Shown: positions 1 to 11,780 of the stretch, one piece after another
How positions within the stretch are numbered: position 1 is the first letter of the stretch
Layout: each line of letters starts with the position of its first letter
NCBI GenBank assembly: GCA_020891255.1
Contig: BQFW01000002.1
Span: 372,001-436,000, forward strand
Reading direction: 5' to 3'
DNA from: Entomortierella parvispora E1425
Lineage: Eukaryota; Fungi; Mortierellomycota
Length of the DNA: 64,000 nt
Program-made: the position numbers and the translations under genes
The notes under the pieces: generated by a model
Databases searched by the model: none
Told to the model about the DNA's origin: nothing
Seen by the model: only the letters and a program-made list of their open reading frames with translations

Positions 1-508
1 AGAACAACAAGTGGGAGTACAAGTACCTCTTTGTCGACATCCCAGGTACGTACAAAAAAAAATAGAGGAAAAAAACCGGATTCTACTTTGACAATTGGGC
101 TTTTTTTGTATTTTGTCCTCATTCTTTCCATTCCATTGTAGGTGGCGTCAGGGCTGCAGAGCGCGTCTTTGTAGAGTACAACAAATATGCTGGACAACCC
201 GTGATCGAAGACAAGTGAACGAAAAAAGAGTAGAACAAAAAAAAAAAAAGAAAAAAAAAGAAAGGCTGACAAAGACGTCAGCGCGCATGTAAAATAAACC
301 GGCCATGATGACAGACTGGCATGTGGCTACTCTCTCTATCCCTCTATCTCCTATTCCTTCTCTCTTTCATTCTTTCTTTCTGTTGAAGCAAAAGTCATGT
401 TTATTCTTTTTGGTATGAAAGACAAAAGTAAATGTTGAAAATGTTGAGCTCAATCGAAAAATCACAAACGGAAAAATAACAGGATCAAGTACAACAAAAT
501 CGACTCCT

Positions 509-3147
509 TTAAGGGAATCCGATAATGTTGCTGTTGTAGTTGGCATTGGTGGTATTGTTGTTGACGTTGTTGTTGCCATACAAATTGCCGTTGCTTCCAG
601 TACTGTGGATACTAGTACTGCTGTTGCTTCGGCCGCGAGTGTTGTCTGGTGGAGGATGGACCATGGGCCTGGTGTTCTCAGTATTGTTGTCCATGTAGAA
701 CGATTGTGGCCGTGATTGATCCCCTCCCGCCATGTTGCTGTAAGCGTGAGGTGGGCTGGTCGCACTCGCAAATTGAACAGCCGACACCCTCGGTTCATCC
801 TTGATCTCTGTATCTTCCTCATCGTCATCACGGTACGGTGTCGAGAAGGAATTGTTCTGTTGCTCCAATGCATTCGCGCTCATCAGAGGCACCTGCTGCT
901 GTTGTTGAATCTGGACCGGGTTATAGGCGTTAAACTGTGCCTGTTGCTGCTGATAAGGGCTGAACTGCTTTTGGCCATACTGGTTCTGATTAAGAGGGAG
1001 ATCATACATGGTAGCATCGCTGTTGCGGGGGATAGCCGAAAGATCGATCTGAGAATGCTCCAGGCTGTTGGAATCATTCCGCATGCCAGAGAGACGAGAA
1101 GCTGCTCCTGCGCCAGACACAGCTGCGGCAGAGGTGGCCAAGCCTTCCGAAGATACATTGCTGTTGGTAGTGAAGGGTTTGCGGTTATTGAATCCAGCAA
1201 AGGCCGCAGCGCCCCCTCTCCTTGGTCCACGTCTTCTGCACAGCCGTGTGAATACAGAAGCAATAATCACGAGCGCCAAGAATCCACCAATAGAACCAGC
1301 AATGGTTGCGATACCATGCTGTGAAAACCAGGAGGGGTTGATGGTACCAAACTGTGCACTCCAGGAAGACGAGCCAAGACTGTAGATCATTGGGTAAGAG
1401 TTCGACGCAGCCTTGGTTGAGGAGGTCAAAAACTCGAATCCTGAGAGCGAAATGATATCATTGTTGGTCTGGATCAGGGAATGAGAAGCACGGCCAGTCA
1501 CCGAGGGCGTGCCCAAAGTCCATTGCCAACTGTTCGTGTTGAGAATCCAGAGTTCATTCGAGTAACCGACCGTTGGGTTTGTTTGGCTGGTGTTGCCTCC
1601 ATGCATGTAGATCTGATTGTTGCCGACTAAAAGTGGATGTAGAGTTGACATAGGTGAGTACCGAGGTCGTTTGTAGGTGGGACATCAGAAGATACTGTTG
1701 AGCCATCTACTCATATTCTGCTTACCAGCAAGAAGGGCCGCAAGACGTCGGGGCAAGGGGAAAGATCCACCAGTGGGTGCTGTCTGTAATTCGAAACCAA
1801 AGAAAAATCACGCTCGGTCAGAAGTGCTGTCGAGACTGAATACCAAAAAAAAAAAAAAAAAAAAAAAACTTATCCTTACCAACATCTGCTTCTGCCAAGT
1901 GTTTGTCTGAATATTGTAAACCCAGCAGCGGTCCAGCAGGTAGTACTGTGAGGCTGGATCGACATCCTCTCCACTCAGAGGGGTTCCCAAAGTCTTCCCA
2001 CCTCCCAAGACAACAATCGTGCCACTTGTGTAGACTGCACATCCAACATCCACAAATGGTGCCAACGTCACATCTGCAGGGGCTCTGCGGACAAGAGTCT
2101 GAGGCACAGGAGCGTTCGCAGCCGCCGCAACTGGAGGAGCAGCAGGTGGTGCAGGTGCAGGTCCACTGCTTGGAGCAGCAGGCGGGGCAACGGCGGTTCC
2201 AGTTGGAATCGCGCCGCCTGTTCCTGTTGGAGCCGGAGCTGTCGTTGGTGCCGCCGTTGCCGCTACAGTTGTTGGTGCCGCTACAGTTGTTGGTGCTACT
2301 GTAGGCGACGGCACTGGGGTTTCGGTGGGCTGCGATGTGACCATGGTGACGTTGTGGCCAGGCTGGGCAATGTTGGTGGGCAGTTGTCCTGCTGCAAAGT
2401 TATAAAGCTGTGTTCCAAGCTGCGGGTTGAAGATGTCGTACACAAAGACGTAGGCAATTTGATGATCCGAATCAAAGGCCTGGACAGCAAACGGGTTATC
2501 ATCCTTGACCAATCTTGGCCCGAGAACATCCTGCAGCGTGTTTGTAACCGACCAAGTGCTGCCCGAAGATTGAAGCGAGACCGATGCCGAGGTGCTCGTG
2601 TACGTGTGAGGAGCAGTTGAAGGGTTGGCGGCGAGGTATTGTGGGCACATCGTCTGGCCATAAAAGAGCAAGCCTGTTCCGTCTGTAGAGGCAACGGCCC
2701 AGGAGTTTTGACCCAAGAGCTGACTCTGACTTCCAAGTCCAATCTTCGTCCAGGGGGCCTCTCCTGCGACCCATCCTTTGGTGGGATCAAGTTGCAGACT
2801 GTAAAAGTCGGAGTAGCAGTTGCCGGCCGTGTCAGATCCTAAACAGATAAAGATAGCAAAGCAATTAGGAGGTGTACCATGCTGCAATGAATGGGCTCGC
2901 TCCTATAAGTTTCGCTCCTTCTCCTGAAGGCTCGCATCGCCGCTGATGACATGGAAAAAGAGACGGGGAGACAAGGAAGCAACAAAAGAGGAGCAAGGTA
3001 GACACGGTGTATGGACAAACCTCCATATAAATAGGCCGTGTTTCCGATGAGGGTGATTGCCTTGGAGGTTCGAGGAGGGTCCGACTGCGGTTGGGCGCAG
3101 GCCACTGCCGCCACAATAGACAGGGCGGTGAAGAGAAACAGGGTCAT
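509..3147 (-). CDS. Kelch-repeat (beta-propeller) type I membrane protein, about 753 aa, 4 exons
   Basis: Hand-spliced exons 3147-3021, 2838-1880, 1783-1726 and 1626-509 join in frame with GT-AG introns. Signal peptide MTLFLFTALSIVAAVACAQ; kelch-like blades (AYLYGG, IVVLGGG, QIYMHGG, ELWILNT..W..W); TM helix GIATIAGSIGGFLALVIIASVF followed by RRRGPRR; low-complexity cytosolic tail. Confidence 0.8.
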
Positions 3148-6100
3148 GGCTGACGAGGATGCTGTGCACGCGTGGTGGTGGTGTTGTTCCTGTTGTTGTT
3201 GTTGTTTGCTGTGGAGGTAGAAGCGGAAAGGGACCTGTTGTTTTTAGCCCTTGTTGCTCTTAAATAAAAATGAAGAGGGGAAGGGTGCCTTGTCCAGTCC
3301 TAGAAGAAGAAGACGATGGAATGACCAAGAGATGCCACAAGGAGAATGAGGGACAGAGAGAGAGAGAATGAGAATGAGAATGAATGAATGCCGTGATGAA
3401 TGAATGAAAAAAAAAGAAGAGAAGGAAGAAAAGAAAGAAAAAGAAGAATAAAAAAAACTCGAGCAGCTCGGCCACAAGTGTGGCACAACACAATCATATA
3501 TCGCGCTAGCACCGTGCTACCTTCCACCGAGGGCAAAGCCATACAAGAAAAGGGGCCAAGGAGGAAGGAGGAAGGGGGAACCGACGAGTAAAACGAGGGA
3601 CGACGTCAGGGGGAGATGAGCAGATGGACACTCGATGACCTTGGTGGAGGAGAGGAGGATCCTATTGTTATCAGGCCTCTCTCTCTCAGTCCATGGTGTG
3701 CATGCCCCACGGTGTGTGATGTACCGTCCTACACATGAATATCCAGCATTAAGATCCAATTTCCAGTCGCTCTCTCTCTCCCCCTTCTCTTTTCCAGTCC
3801 GTCAAGAAGGATCATTGTTTCGCGCGCTTCTTTTTTTATCTCGTTATCTTCATCAAAGTTAGAGCAGGGCCATGGCAGGGGTCCCGGACGGGGAAGGGGC
3901 ATCCAATGGTCACCCTCCATTGCTTGCTTCTCATCTCCAGCCCAAGTTTGTGTCATCCACTCTTGCTGCTATAGCCGATCAGCCCAGCTTGTGGCTTTTT
4001 GACCCTCGCTCCTTCCTTGTCCCCGCACCCTTTTTGTATTTTCTATTCTTCCGCCGCACTTTAGATTCTAACCTCGAAGATTTTTTTTTTTGTGTTTTTC
4101 TGTTTTGGTCTTCACAGCCACACGAAGGCAGCTGGACACAGAGTTCCTCTTTCACATCCTCTTGTGCCTTGCTCTTATTTCCAAGTCAGCCATGCATACC
4201 CGCGGGGCAAAAAGGGAGCCAGGGCACCCTTCGCCCTCCCTTCTCCCCGTTGCTCTTCAGGTCTGTACCTGCAAAAAAGGGACCCGATCACTGCTGGCCA
4301 ATAAAAAGCCCGTGGTGACACCAACATATACCCCTTCAAAATGACCAAGGAAAACATAGCACAAATAAACATCTCAGGCACGCAGTGATCCAGAAGGGGA
4401 TATGACCCGTGAACCCTTGCTTTCCTCAACGTGAGAACCTTGCAACCTGTGAAGTTGCCACGTTTGTTGTCTTGTATATCATTCATCCCCAAACGCGAAC
4501 TTGAGAGAAGACCTGAAAAAGGGAGGATGTATTATTGGAAAACCAGGTGCTCTTGGCCAAAAAAGAGAAAACTGCAGTTGTGAGTGGACCAATAGTCATG
4601 ACAAGGAGGTCAGGGATTGTGCAGGGATGCATGGATCGGAATGCGTGGTGTTTTTTTATGTTTTTTATTTTTTTTATTGAACTTTACCTGTCTGGGGTCA
4701 TGGACAAAGATCTTCCGACACAGCAAAAGACAAAGCCACCCAAATGAGAGCGAGGTTGTGGCGCTGTGCATGCATGCACTTTCTGACTGTGGACCGTGAG
4801 CTGGACGCGTCATGGCAAGGCGCCGCCCTGACCTTTTTGACACTGCCCATGAGGTCTCGGAAATTAAAAATATCAGGCTGGAGCTGTGATAGCAGCATTG
4901 GTTTTGTCTCCAACCATCCCTTGCAGCAGAGCCATTGACCTCGGTCCAACCAGCCAATCTCTTGTTTCATGTGGCGATGACCAGCCTCACGTTCCACGGT
5001 CTCGCATGCGATCTTCTCTATGATCTTGATGTCAACAAGAGAATAGGGGAGGAAGAGTAAGGGGCTGAAGAGTCCGCAAGAGACAACGGTCCGCTCGAGT
5101 AAGGCCCAGACTCTTACATTCAACCCCGCCTTGACGAGTGGTGTTTTCACCTCCAACGCGGATATCTTTATTTTTTTTTTTAAACCCATGTTTTCCTTTG
5201 GACATCTTTCGAGATCCAATGGTATGCCCCGTATTCAAGGCGACGAACAGGATCTACATGCTCTTCTGGGTTCTTTCCCTTCAAGATTAATCTGTGGCGT
5301 TTTTTGGTTGAAGAGAGCAATATCCGTAAACGGTGCTCAGCTCTCCACCCACAGTCTCCTCTTTCACCTCGGTAAAACTAAAGAGCAATGGGTGCAAGTG
5401 GCACGCAGTGCCCGACATTTGCTCCTAGGCCCTAATCTGTGTCTCCATTGCGCAGAATGCAATGCAAAAAGTCCACGCGTCAACTACTGAGAGCCACAAA
5501 CAATAAAAAAGAAAGGATGGCCGAGATCAAGCTGTACGCCATTTCAAGCTCTGATGTCCTGTCCTCTGTGCGCAAAGAAAATCGTGTGCGCTCTTCCCAT
5601 GATTCTTGTGCCACCTTGCAAGGAAAAGATAGAAAGCTGGTCAAGGCACCTCATCACAAAACGATGGGAATTTTGTCATTATCTCTGAAGAAAATGAGGT
5701 CCTCTCCCTCTGTACTCAACGGCCGCTTTTCAGAACCATAACAGGACGATCGTTAAGCAAATCTTGACGCGCTTGGTATTGAATCAGAGTCATTGACCTC
5801 TCGAAAAGAGATAACACACCCATCTTTCCTTCTTGAGGAAGACACCTCGTTTCATTGTTGCCGAACACCATCGATTGGATGGGATGACTCAAAGCGAATG
5901 TCTTTTTTCTACATCCTTAACGGTAAGTCTTTTATTTCAACGGTACCCAGTGCCCTTTGCACCCTGACTGAAATTGTAGACCAAGAATGATCAAGAACTA
6001 AACGGCATCTCCCGAGCTGTCGTGTCGCGCGAATTAAGTGTAAACATTAGGGCTAGTAAACATCCCGTCTGTTTTGAAACTGTCAAACTGTCGTCTTCTT

Positions 6101-7356
6101 TGTACCTCTTTCCTGTCTTTCTGCTGGTAAGATGCGGAGTATAGAAAATGGAGAGGAAACAAACAAAAAAACTGAGGACCAGATCGCTACGCCGCACGCA
6201 AACGACGTGCTTGAGAAAAGAAAATGGAGCAGCTCACCCATGTGGCAAAGACCACTCCATTGGGAAGAGATGAAAATTAAAAAGAGAAACCGGATGAGCA
6301 TGCCAACAAACAGAGGTCCCAGACCTGAATTTTTTTTTTTCAACGCACGATGAAATTCATCCATCCCATCAATTCACCGCCTTATCCTTGGCGTGCTCTC
6401 ATCTGATTACACACTCCACGATGTGACTCTTGTTGAGGAGAGCTGCTACCGGGAAAACAACTCGAAATGAGCAGCCTGAATTGTGGAGGGTTGGAATGAG
6501 AAAATTCAGGAACTGATGTGTCCCCTCTGGTTTTTTTTTCAGCTCAACCTGCCACCCCAACCACTCTAACCAGCCATAGATACTGCCCTGTCTTCCCGAC
6601 CACTGTGCAGCCCCTTTGTGCGGAAACACATAAGAAAAGTGGCAACAATAAGACAAAAGGGGCAGGGGCAGGTGTCAGTGGCGGAATTAAGGTTAATACA
6701 GTCAACGGCGCAAATCACTTTGAACAAGGAGGATAGACCACAAGCGGAGCGGAACAAATCATTAGAACCAAATTCAAAACAGTGGGTGGTGCTTGAGAGC
6801 ACTCAAGAAAGTGAATGTGAAAGAGATGCAAGTGTAGGTGTAGGTTCGCTTTTTTGGCTTTGTGCTGTTGACCCGGCCAATCGCTTGCTGAACGGCAAAA
6901 GGTCGCTGGGAGAGAGTGCAGGGCTGGGTGCCTGACCCATTTACCCATAAATTACAATCTGTTCCTTTGCTTTTTGGGATGGGGTCCTGCGATCAGACCC
7001 CCGTAACTCTTCCCAATCCGATAGCTCATGCCCAGGTTGGCTCAGTGGAAAAACTGCGACTAGCCCCGGTAGGCCTTCATTCACTCGACCCATTCAATTG
7101 TCTTTGCCGGAGCAAAACTCACCCCACTGTGCGCCACCACATTAAAGCCAGGAAAAGGACGCTTATATACTTCACACATTCCCCCTCACCCACTCTTTTT
7201 TTTCTTTTCTCCTTGCCCCAACCCTGCCCTCTTCCTCCACAGCACCTTCAAGGAGCCCGCCCTCCTCGTAGCTGCACTCCCTCCTCCACCTGTACAGATC
7301 GTCACTCCCTGCCTCCTCATCTCCTCACTCTCCATTTCACAAAACGCAATACAACA

Positions 7357-8469
7357 ATGGCGCCTCTTCAACGCCTGGTCGCAGGACCTGCTTCCATCAT
7401 CACCGGTGCACTTTTTAGTGCCCTTTCAGCCCCTCCTAGTGCGCCTCCTTCCAACGGTCTGAACGCCACGGAATGGGGTACCAACTACAAGGGCTCAGCC
7501 TCATTCTTCAACTTCACTCTCAACTCCATCCCTCTGGTCACCTCTGCCAAAACCCCTCAATCTGCCTCCCCCTCCCTAGTCTACTACAACACCAATACCA
7601 GCACCTACACAGGATGCAACAACCAGACATTTTCATCCGACGATAAAGTCGCGCTCATGAACCCCCTCCAATTCGGCAAAACCTCCCTCACCAACTCCAC
7701 CTGCGGTGAATGGGTTCAGATTGTGAACCGTGAAAACACTGAGGAGACGTCCTTGGTCAAAATTGTTGGTATTTGCACTGATTGTGAATACGGCTCTCTT
7801 GCACTGGGACCTCCTATTCTGGATGATTTGGCTCCCAATGTGCCCTTCTATCAAATCACATTCGACCCAAACTCGGACGTGACAATCGCCAACCTGACGG
7901 ACCCTGTCAACCCACTGCCTGTGGATTCGACGCCCATCTCTCCTGACGGGTTGATCAATATTTCCTGGACTTTGGCAGAGGCACCCTACTCGGAGCCCCA
8001 GCCAAGTCCTTCACCCACACCCACCGCTAGCACCACCACCACCACTACCACTACTACCAAGACCTCCCAGCCCACAAAAGCACCTCCTGTCAAGACAAGC
8101 AATCCCAAGCCTAAGCCCAAGCCAGAGCCCAAGCCAGATCCCAAGCCAGATCCCAAGCCCAAGAAACAGACGTTCACCGGCCGCGCTACTTGGTACTCGG
8201 ATACTTTTGGCCAGTGTGAGAAGCACTACTCTCAGTCGGATATGATTGTTGCTGTCAACCAAGATCAGATGGGCACTGGCACGTCACTGTGCGGCAAGAA
8301 GATCCTCCTGACAGAGAAGGGCTCCAACACCCAGGTGGTGGTGACGGTCGTCGACATGTGCCCAAGTAAATACTGTTCCAAGGGCGACCTTGACTTGAGT
8401 CAAGGAGCCTTCAAGAAGTTTGCAGGCCTTGGCAAGGGTGTTCTCCAGTTGACCTGGAGCTTTTTGTAA
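7357..8469 (+). CDS. RlpA-like/expansin-like protein with two double-psi beta-barrel (DPBB) domains, 370 aa
   Basis: Intronless part of ORF 6916-8469; likely start is ATG 7357 (MAPLQRL). C-terminal DPBB has FTGRATWY..GQC..IVAVN..CGKKI..VVVTVVDMCP..C..GDLDLSQGAF. A second, degenerate DPBB lies N-terminal (GCN..VALMN..CGEWVQI..VKIVGICTDC..GSLAL). Thr/Pro/Lys linker with PKP(E/D) repeats. Confidence 0.8.
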   Translation: MAPLQRLVAGPASIITGALFSALSAPPSAPPSNGLNATEWGTNYKGSASFFNFTLNSIPLVTSAKTPQSASPSLVYYNTNTSTYTGCNNQTFSSDDKVALMNPLQFGKTSLTNSTCGEWVQIVNRENTEETSLVKIVGICTDCEYGSLALGPPILDDLAPNVPFYQITFDPNSDVTIANLTDPVNPLPVDSTPISPDGLINISWTLAEAPYSEPQPSPSPTPTASTTTTTTTTTKTSQPTKAPPVKTSNPKPKPKPEPKPDPKPDPKPKKQTFTGRATWYSDTFGQCEKHYSQSDMIVAVNQDQMGTGTSLCGKKILLTEKGSNTQVVVTVVDMCPSKYCSKGDLDLSQGAFKKFAGLGKGVLQLTWSFL

Positions 8470-8858
8470 AAGACAACAAAAATGAAGTGAGAGTGGTCCC
8501 TCTCTCAACCCTTTCAAAAAGTCCTTTGTCCTTGTCTTTTATTTAACTGTATCATCTTCATACTGTCCATACCCTTCCCTTCTTTGCTTCTTCGCCGCCA
8601 TTTTTTGTTTTTGTACAATATAAATACACTGTTTTTTGCCTTCTACAACCCGAATGTTTGCTCTTTGTTCTCTTTCTTCGAAAGATCCAGCCATAATAAA
8701 AGACGATATCCCGTTCATCCACAGTTCGAATCAAAACAAAGGAGGAGGAGGGAGTCATAAAGTCGTTTACTGGCTCGCTCTCATGGAAACAGCCAAGCGG
8801 CGAGTCGAGAATTTAGTCAGTGAATCGCGTACCCGACGCGTGGTGTGGATGGGGTGCA

Positions 8859-8865
8859 TGAGTCA
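8859..8865 (+). promoter_or_regulatory. Gcn4/CpcA (AP-1-type) TGAGTCA site upstream of TYR1
   Basis: Perfect TGA(C/G)TCA about 250 bp before ATG 9113; a near-site GGAGTCAT lies around 8752. Function not shown. Confidence 0.35.
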
Positions 8866-9112
8866 ATCAAGACAGTCACACACGCAGGCAACTCGTGCCT
8901 GGTAGGGTCTGACTCTGCTCGCGGGCCTTTGCATCCAAACACGCATTCTCATAAGGATCATCGTCCCCTCATTCAGGTCAGAAAGACATTACAAGCAGTC
9001 AGGAATACCCCCCTCGCCGTCATCGCTCTCGCTCTCATTCCACCAAAGAAGGAGACTTTACACACGACTCTCGGAGAATATTTTCAAAGTTCGCAAAGAC
9101 CAGGAAACGATC

Positions 9113-11122
9113 ATGGCAGAGGAAAGAATCGTTGAAATGGAGACGGTCCAGTTGGGCATCATTGGCATGGGAGACATGGGAAAGCTCTACGCTCGCACGT
9201 TCTCCGCTGCAGGATGGAAACAGTAAGGCCCGCAAGAAAAGGCATATGTGGTTTCTTGGTTTCAACGCACCGGATAAAAGGCACTGCACTTGAAACTCAT
9301 GGAGCCACCTTTCTTGTTCAACCCACGATATACCTACAGCGTCAACGTCTGTGACATGCCCAGCAAGTACGAGCAGCTGCGTGAGGAATTCGAGGGTACA
9401 GGCGTCACAGTCATGAAGGACGGACACTCTGTCTCACGCCAGAGCGACTGGATCTTGTACTCTGTCCCTGCCGAGTTTATCGATTCTGTCGTTGCCACCT
9501 ACGGCCCATGTAAGTAAAGGGGGGAAAATGGCACCGGACAAGATGGCACAGATGACAAAGACGACACGGAAAGACTTTTTTCTACCAGGAGACGCAAGAC
9601 TATGAAAAACTGACCCCGATTTTTTTTTTCTTTAGCCACCAAAATCGGTGCCATCGTCGCGGGCCAAACGTCAGTGAAAGAACCCGAGATTGCAGCCTTT
9701 GAGACACACTTGCCAGACGATGTTTTTATTATTACGTGCCATTCCATGCATGGCCCTGCAGTCTCGCCCAAGGGACAGCCTTTGGTCATTATCAATCACA
9801 GAGGCACAGCTGAGGCGCTTGGCTTGGTCGAGAGGATCCTGAGCTGCTTTGAGAGCGAGATTGCACATTTATCGTACAAGGAGCATGATCGGATCACGGC
9901 TGATACCCAGGCAGTTACACACATGGCGTTTTTGAGCATGGGAACGACATGGAAGCACCAGGATAGCTTTCCTGTAAGGGGTGTATTCGACCGTGGAAAT
10001 GTCTGGACATCATTGAACGGAGACTGACATAAATTCTCGCCTTTTATTACTAGTGGTTCGATTCAACCTACACTGGAGGCATTGAAAACGTCAAGGTCAA
10101 CATGACCATGCGGATTCTTTCCAACAAATGGCACGGTAAGGCACCTGCGGAAAAAATCGAATCCAGGGCGGATCAAGTCTACCATACTTGATTCGAGTCA
10201 TCAGGCACTCACCTACATTTACTGCAATTTCTAGTCTACGCGGGATTGGCGATTTTGAACCCTTCTGCCAAAGCTCAGGTCCGGCAGTACTCTCTTTCGG
10301 TTGCAGCTTTGTTCAAGCTTATGATCCAAGAAAAGGAGGAAGAGTTTGTTTCTCGTATCCGAGCTGTAAGTGAGATCATTGGGCAGGGTTTCTTTATTTC
10401 GCCCTGCGGGCATCTTTTTTTCAGTCAAACTCTAACAACCCCTTCTTCATTTTTCGACTCTATGATTTGCACAGGCTGGCGAGTTTGTGTTTGGCAACAG
10501 AGGCAACCGGGAGCAAATTCTCTTGTCTGATAACTTGCTGGACCAGTACTCGCTGGGAAGTGTGCCCAAGGATAAACGCAAGCCCAACTCTCATCTTTCG
10601 CTTTTGGCCATGGTGGATTGTTGGTACCAACTCAAGATGAACCCTTACTCGCACATGGTCTGTCAAACGCCCTTGTTCCGTTTCTGGCTGTAAGTCGACT
10701 CGACTGGGGGGATACGAGCCCATTGCCACTAGCCGCACTAGAGATGATATCTGGCTATTTTGAATTCACCGCAAAGCTGACCTGACTCCTCTCCCCCCTC
10801 TGACAGTGGTATTTCCGAGTACCTTTTCCTGAACGAAGACTACCTGCAAGACGCTATGCAGGCGGCCTTGTACTGCAAGGAGATTCGAGAGGATGACATG
10901 GAGTTTATGATGTCGGCTCGTGGTTGGCAAGAGTGTATCGCCCTGGGTAACATGGAGGGATACCGTGTTCGGTTTGAGGATACGGCCCAATTCTTCCAAA
11001 ATCGGTTCGGAGAGGCAGCAGTCATTGGCAAGCAAATGATTGAGATGATTACTAGAAAGACAACGGCTGCACCTGGCTCGAGCGTAGCCCCGGTTTCAGA
11101 GCAGGCCGCAAATCATGCTTGA
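9113..11122 (+). CDS. TYR1: Prephenate dehydrogenase (NADP+), about 453 aa, 7 exons
   Basis: Exons 9113-9222, 9340-9509, 9636-9973, 10054-10135, 10235-10365, 10475-10689 and 10807-11122 total 1362 nt in frame. Rossmann motif GIIGMGDMG; GQTSVKEPEIAAFE, CHSMHGP, HDRITADTQAVTH and NSHLSLLAMVDCW are typical of fungal Tyr1. Confidence 0.92.
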
Positions 11123-11780
11123 CAGTACTCACACACCTCTACTTAGAAAACAAGAGGGGGTGCCTTCTTGGTAGCTGAAAGGTGTAATAAACAACAACAA
11201 CAACATCAACAAAGAACTATGCCGATGGAGGTTGTTATCTAGAAAACATGAGGGGCTGCCCTGTCCAACCTTGAGGATCGAAGGATCTGGTCTGTGTGCG
11301 TCAATCCAAGGGCAAGAGTATGACAGGGCAAGAGCAGAGAGTAGAGAAGAGGCAAGGGCGAGCAAGAGTCGACAGGACAGACTGAGACGGGGCACGGTGT
11401 CTGTGTGTCTACTGCAGCCTGGAGACAGTTTACGCGCAGGGCAAGAGACGGAAAAGAAGGGCAGGAAAAAAAAGCGCGCAAAGTCGACTTTCGACTGGGA
11501 GGAAACCTCGTGCGCCCAACCCAATGAAGGTCGTGAGAGCAAAATGTTGAGGCGGTCCAATATAAGGAGGCAGAGCGAGGCGCTGACCGTGGCCGTTGAA
11601 CAGTTGTTTGTTTGCTCGCTTTCTCACCTCACCCACTCTCCACCCTCCATCCTCCATCTCTCGTTCCATCAGCTCCTTGTTGCTTTGCTCCATTGCACCC
11701 CTTTTCAATTCATTCATTCCTTTGTTCATTTCCAGTCGTCCCCAAACCGAGTCCTCTCTTGGTTTCTATTCACTTGATAT

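Noticed and set aside
6916-7356. 147-codon N-terminal extension of the DPBB ORF
   Set aside because: It starts at GTG and is pyrimidine-rich, promoter/UTR-like sequence; ATG 7357 has a good A-rich context.
8715-8735. GTTCGAATC T-loop-like motif (also GGTTCGATTC at about 10055)
   Set aside because: No cloverleaf or D-arm/A-box can be formed, and the second match lies inside a TYR1 exon.
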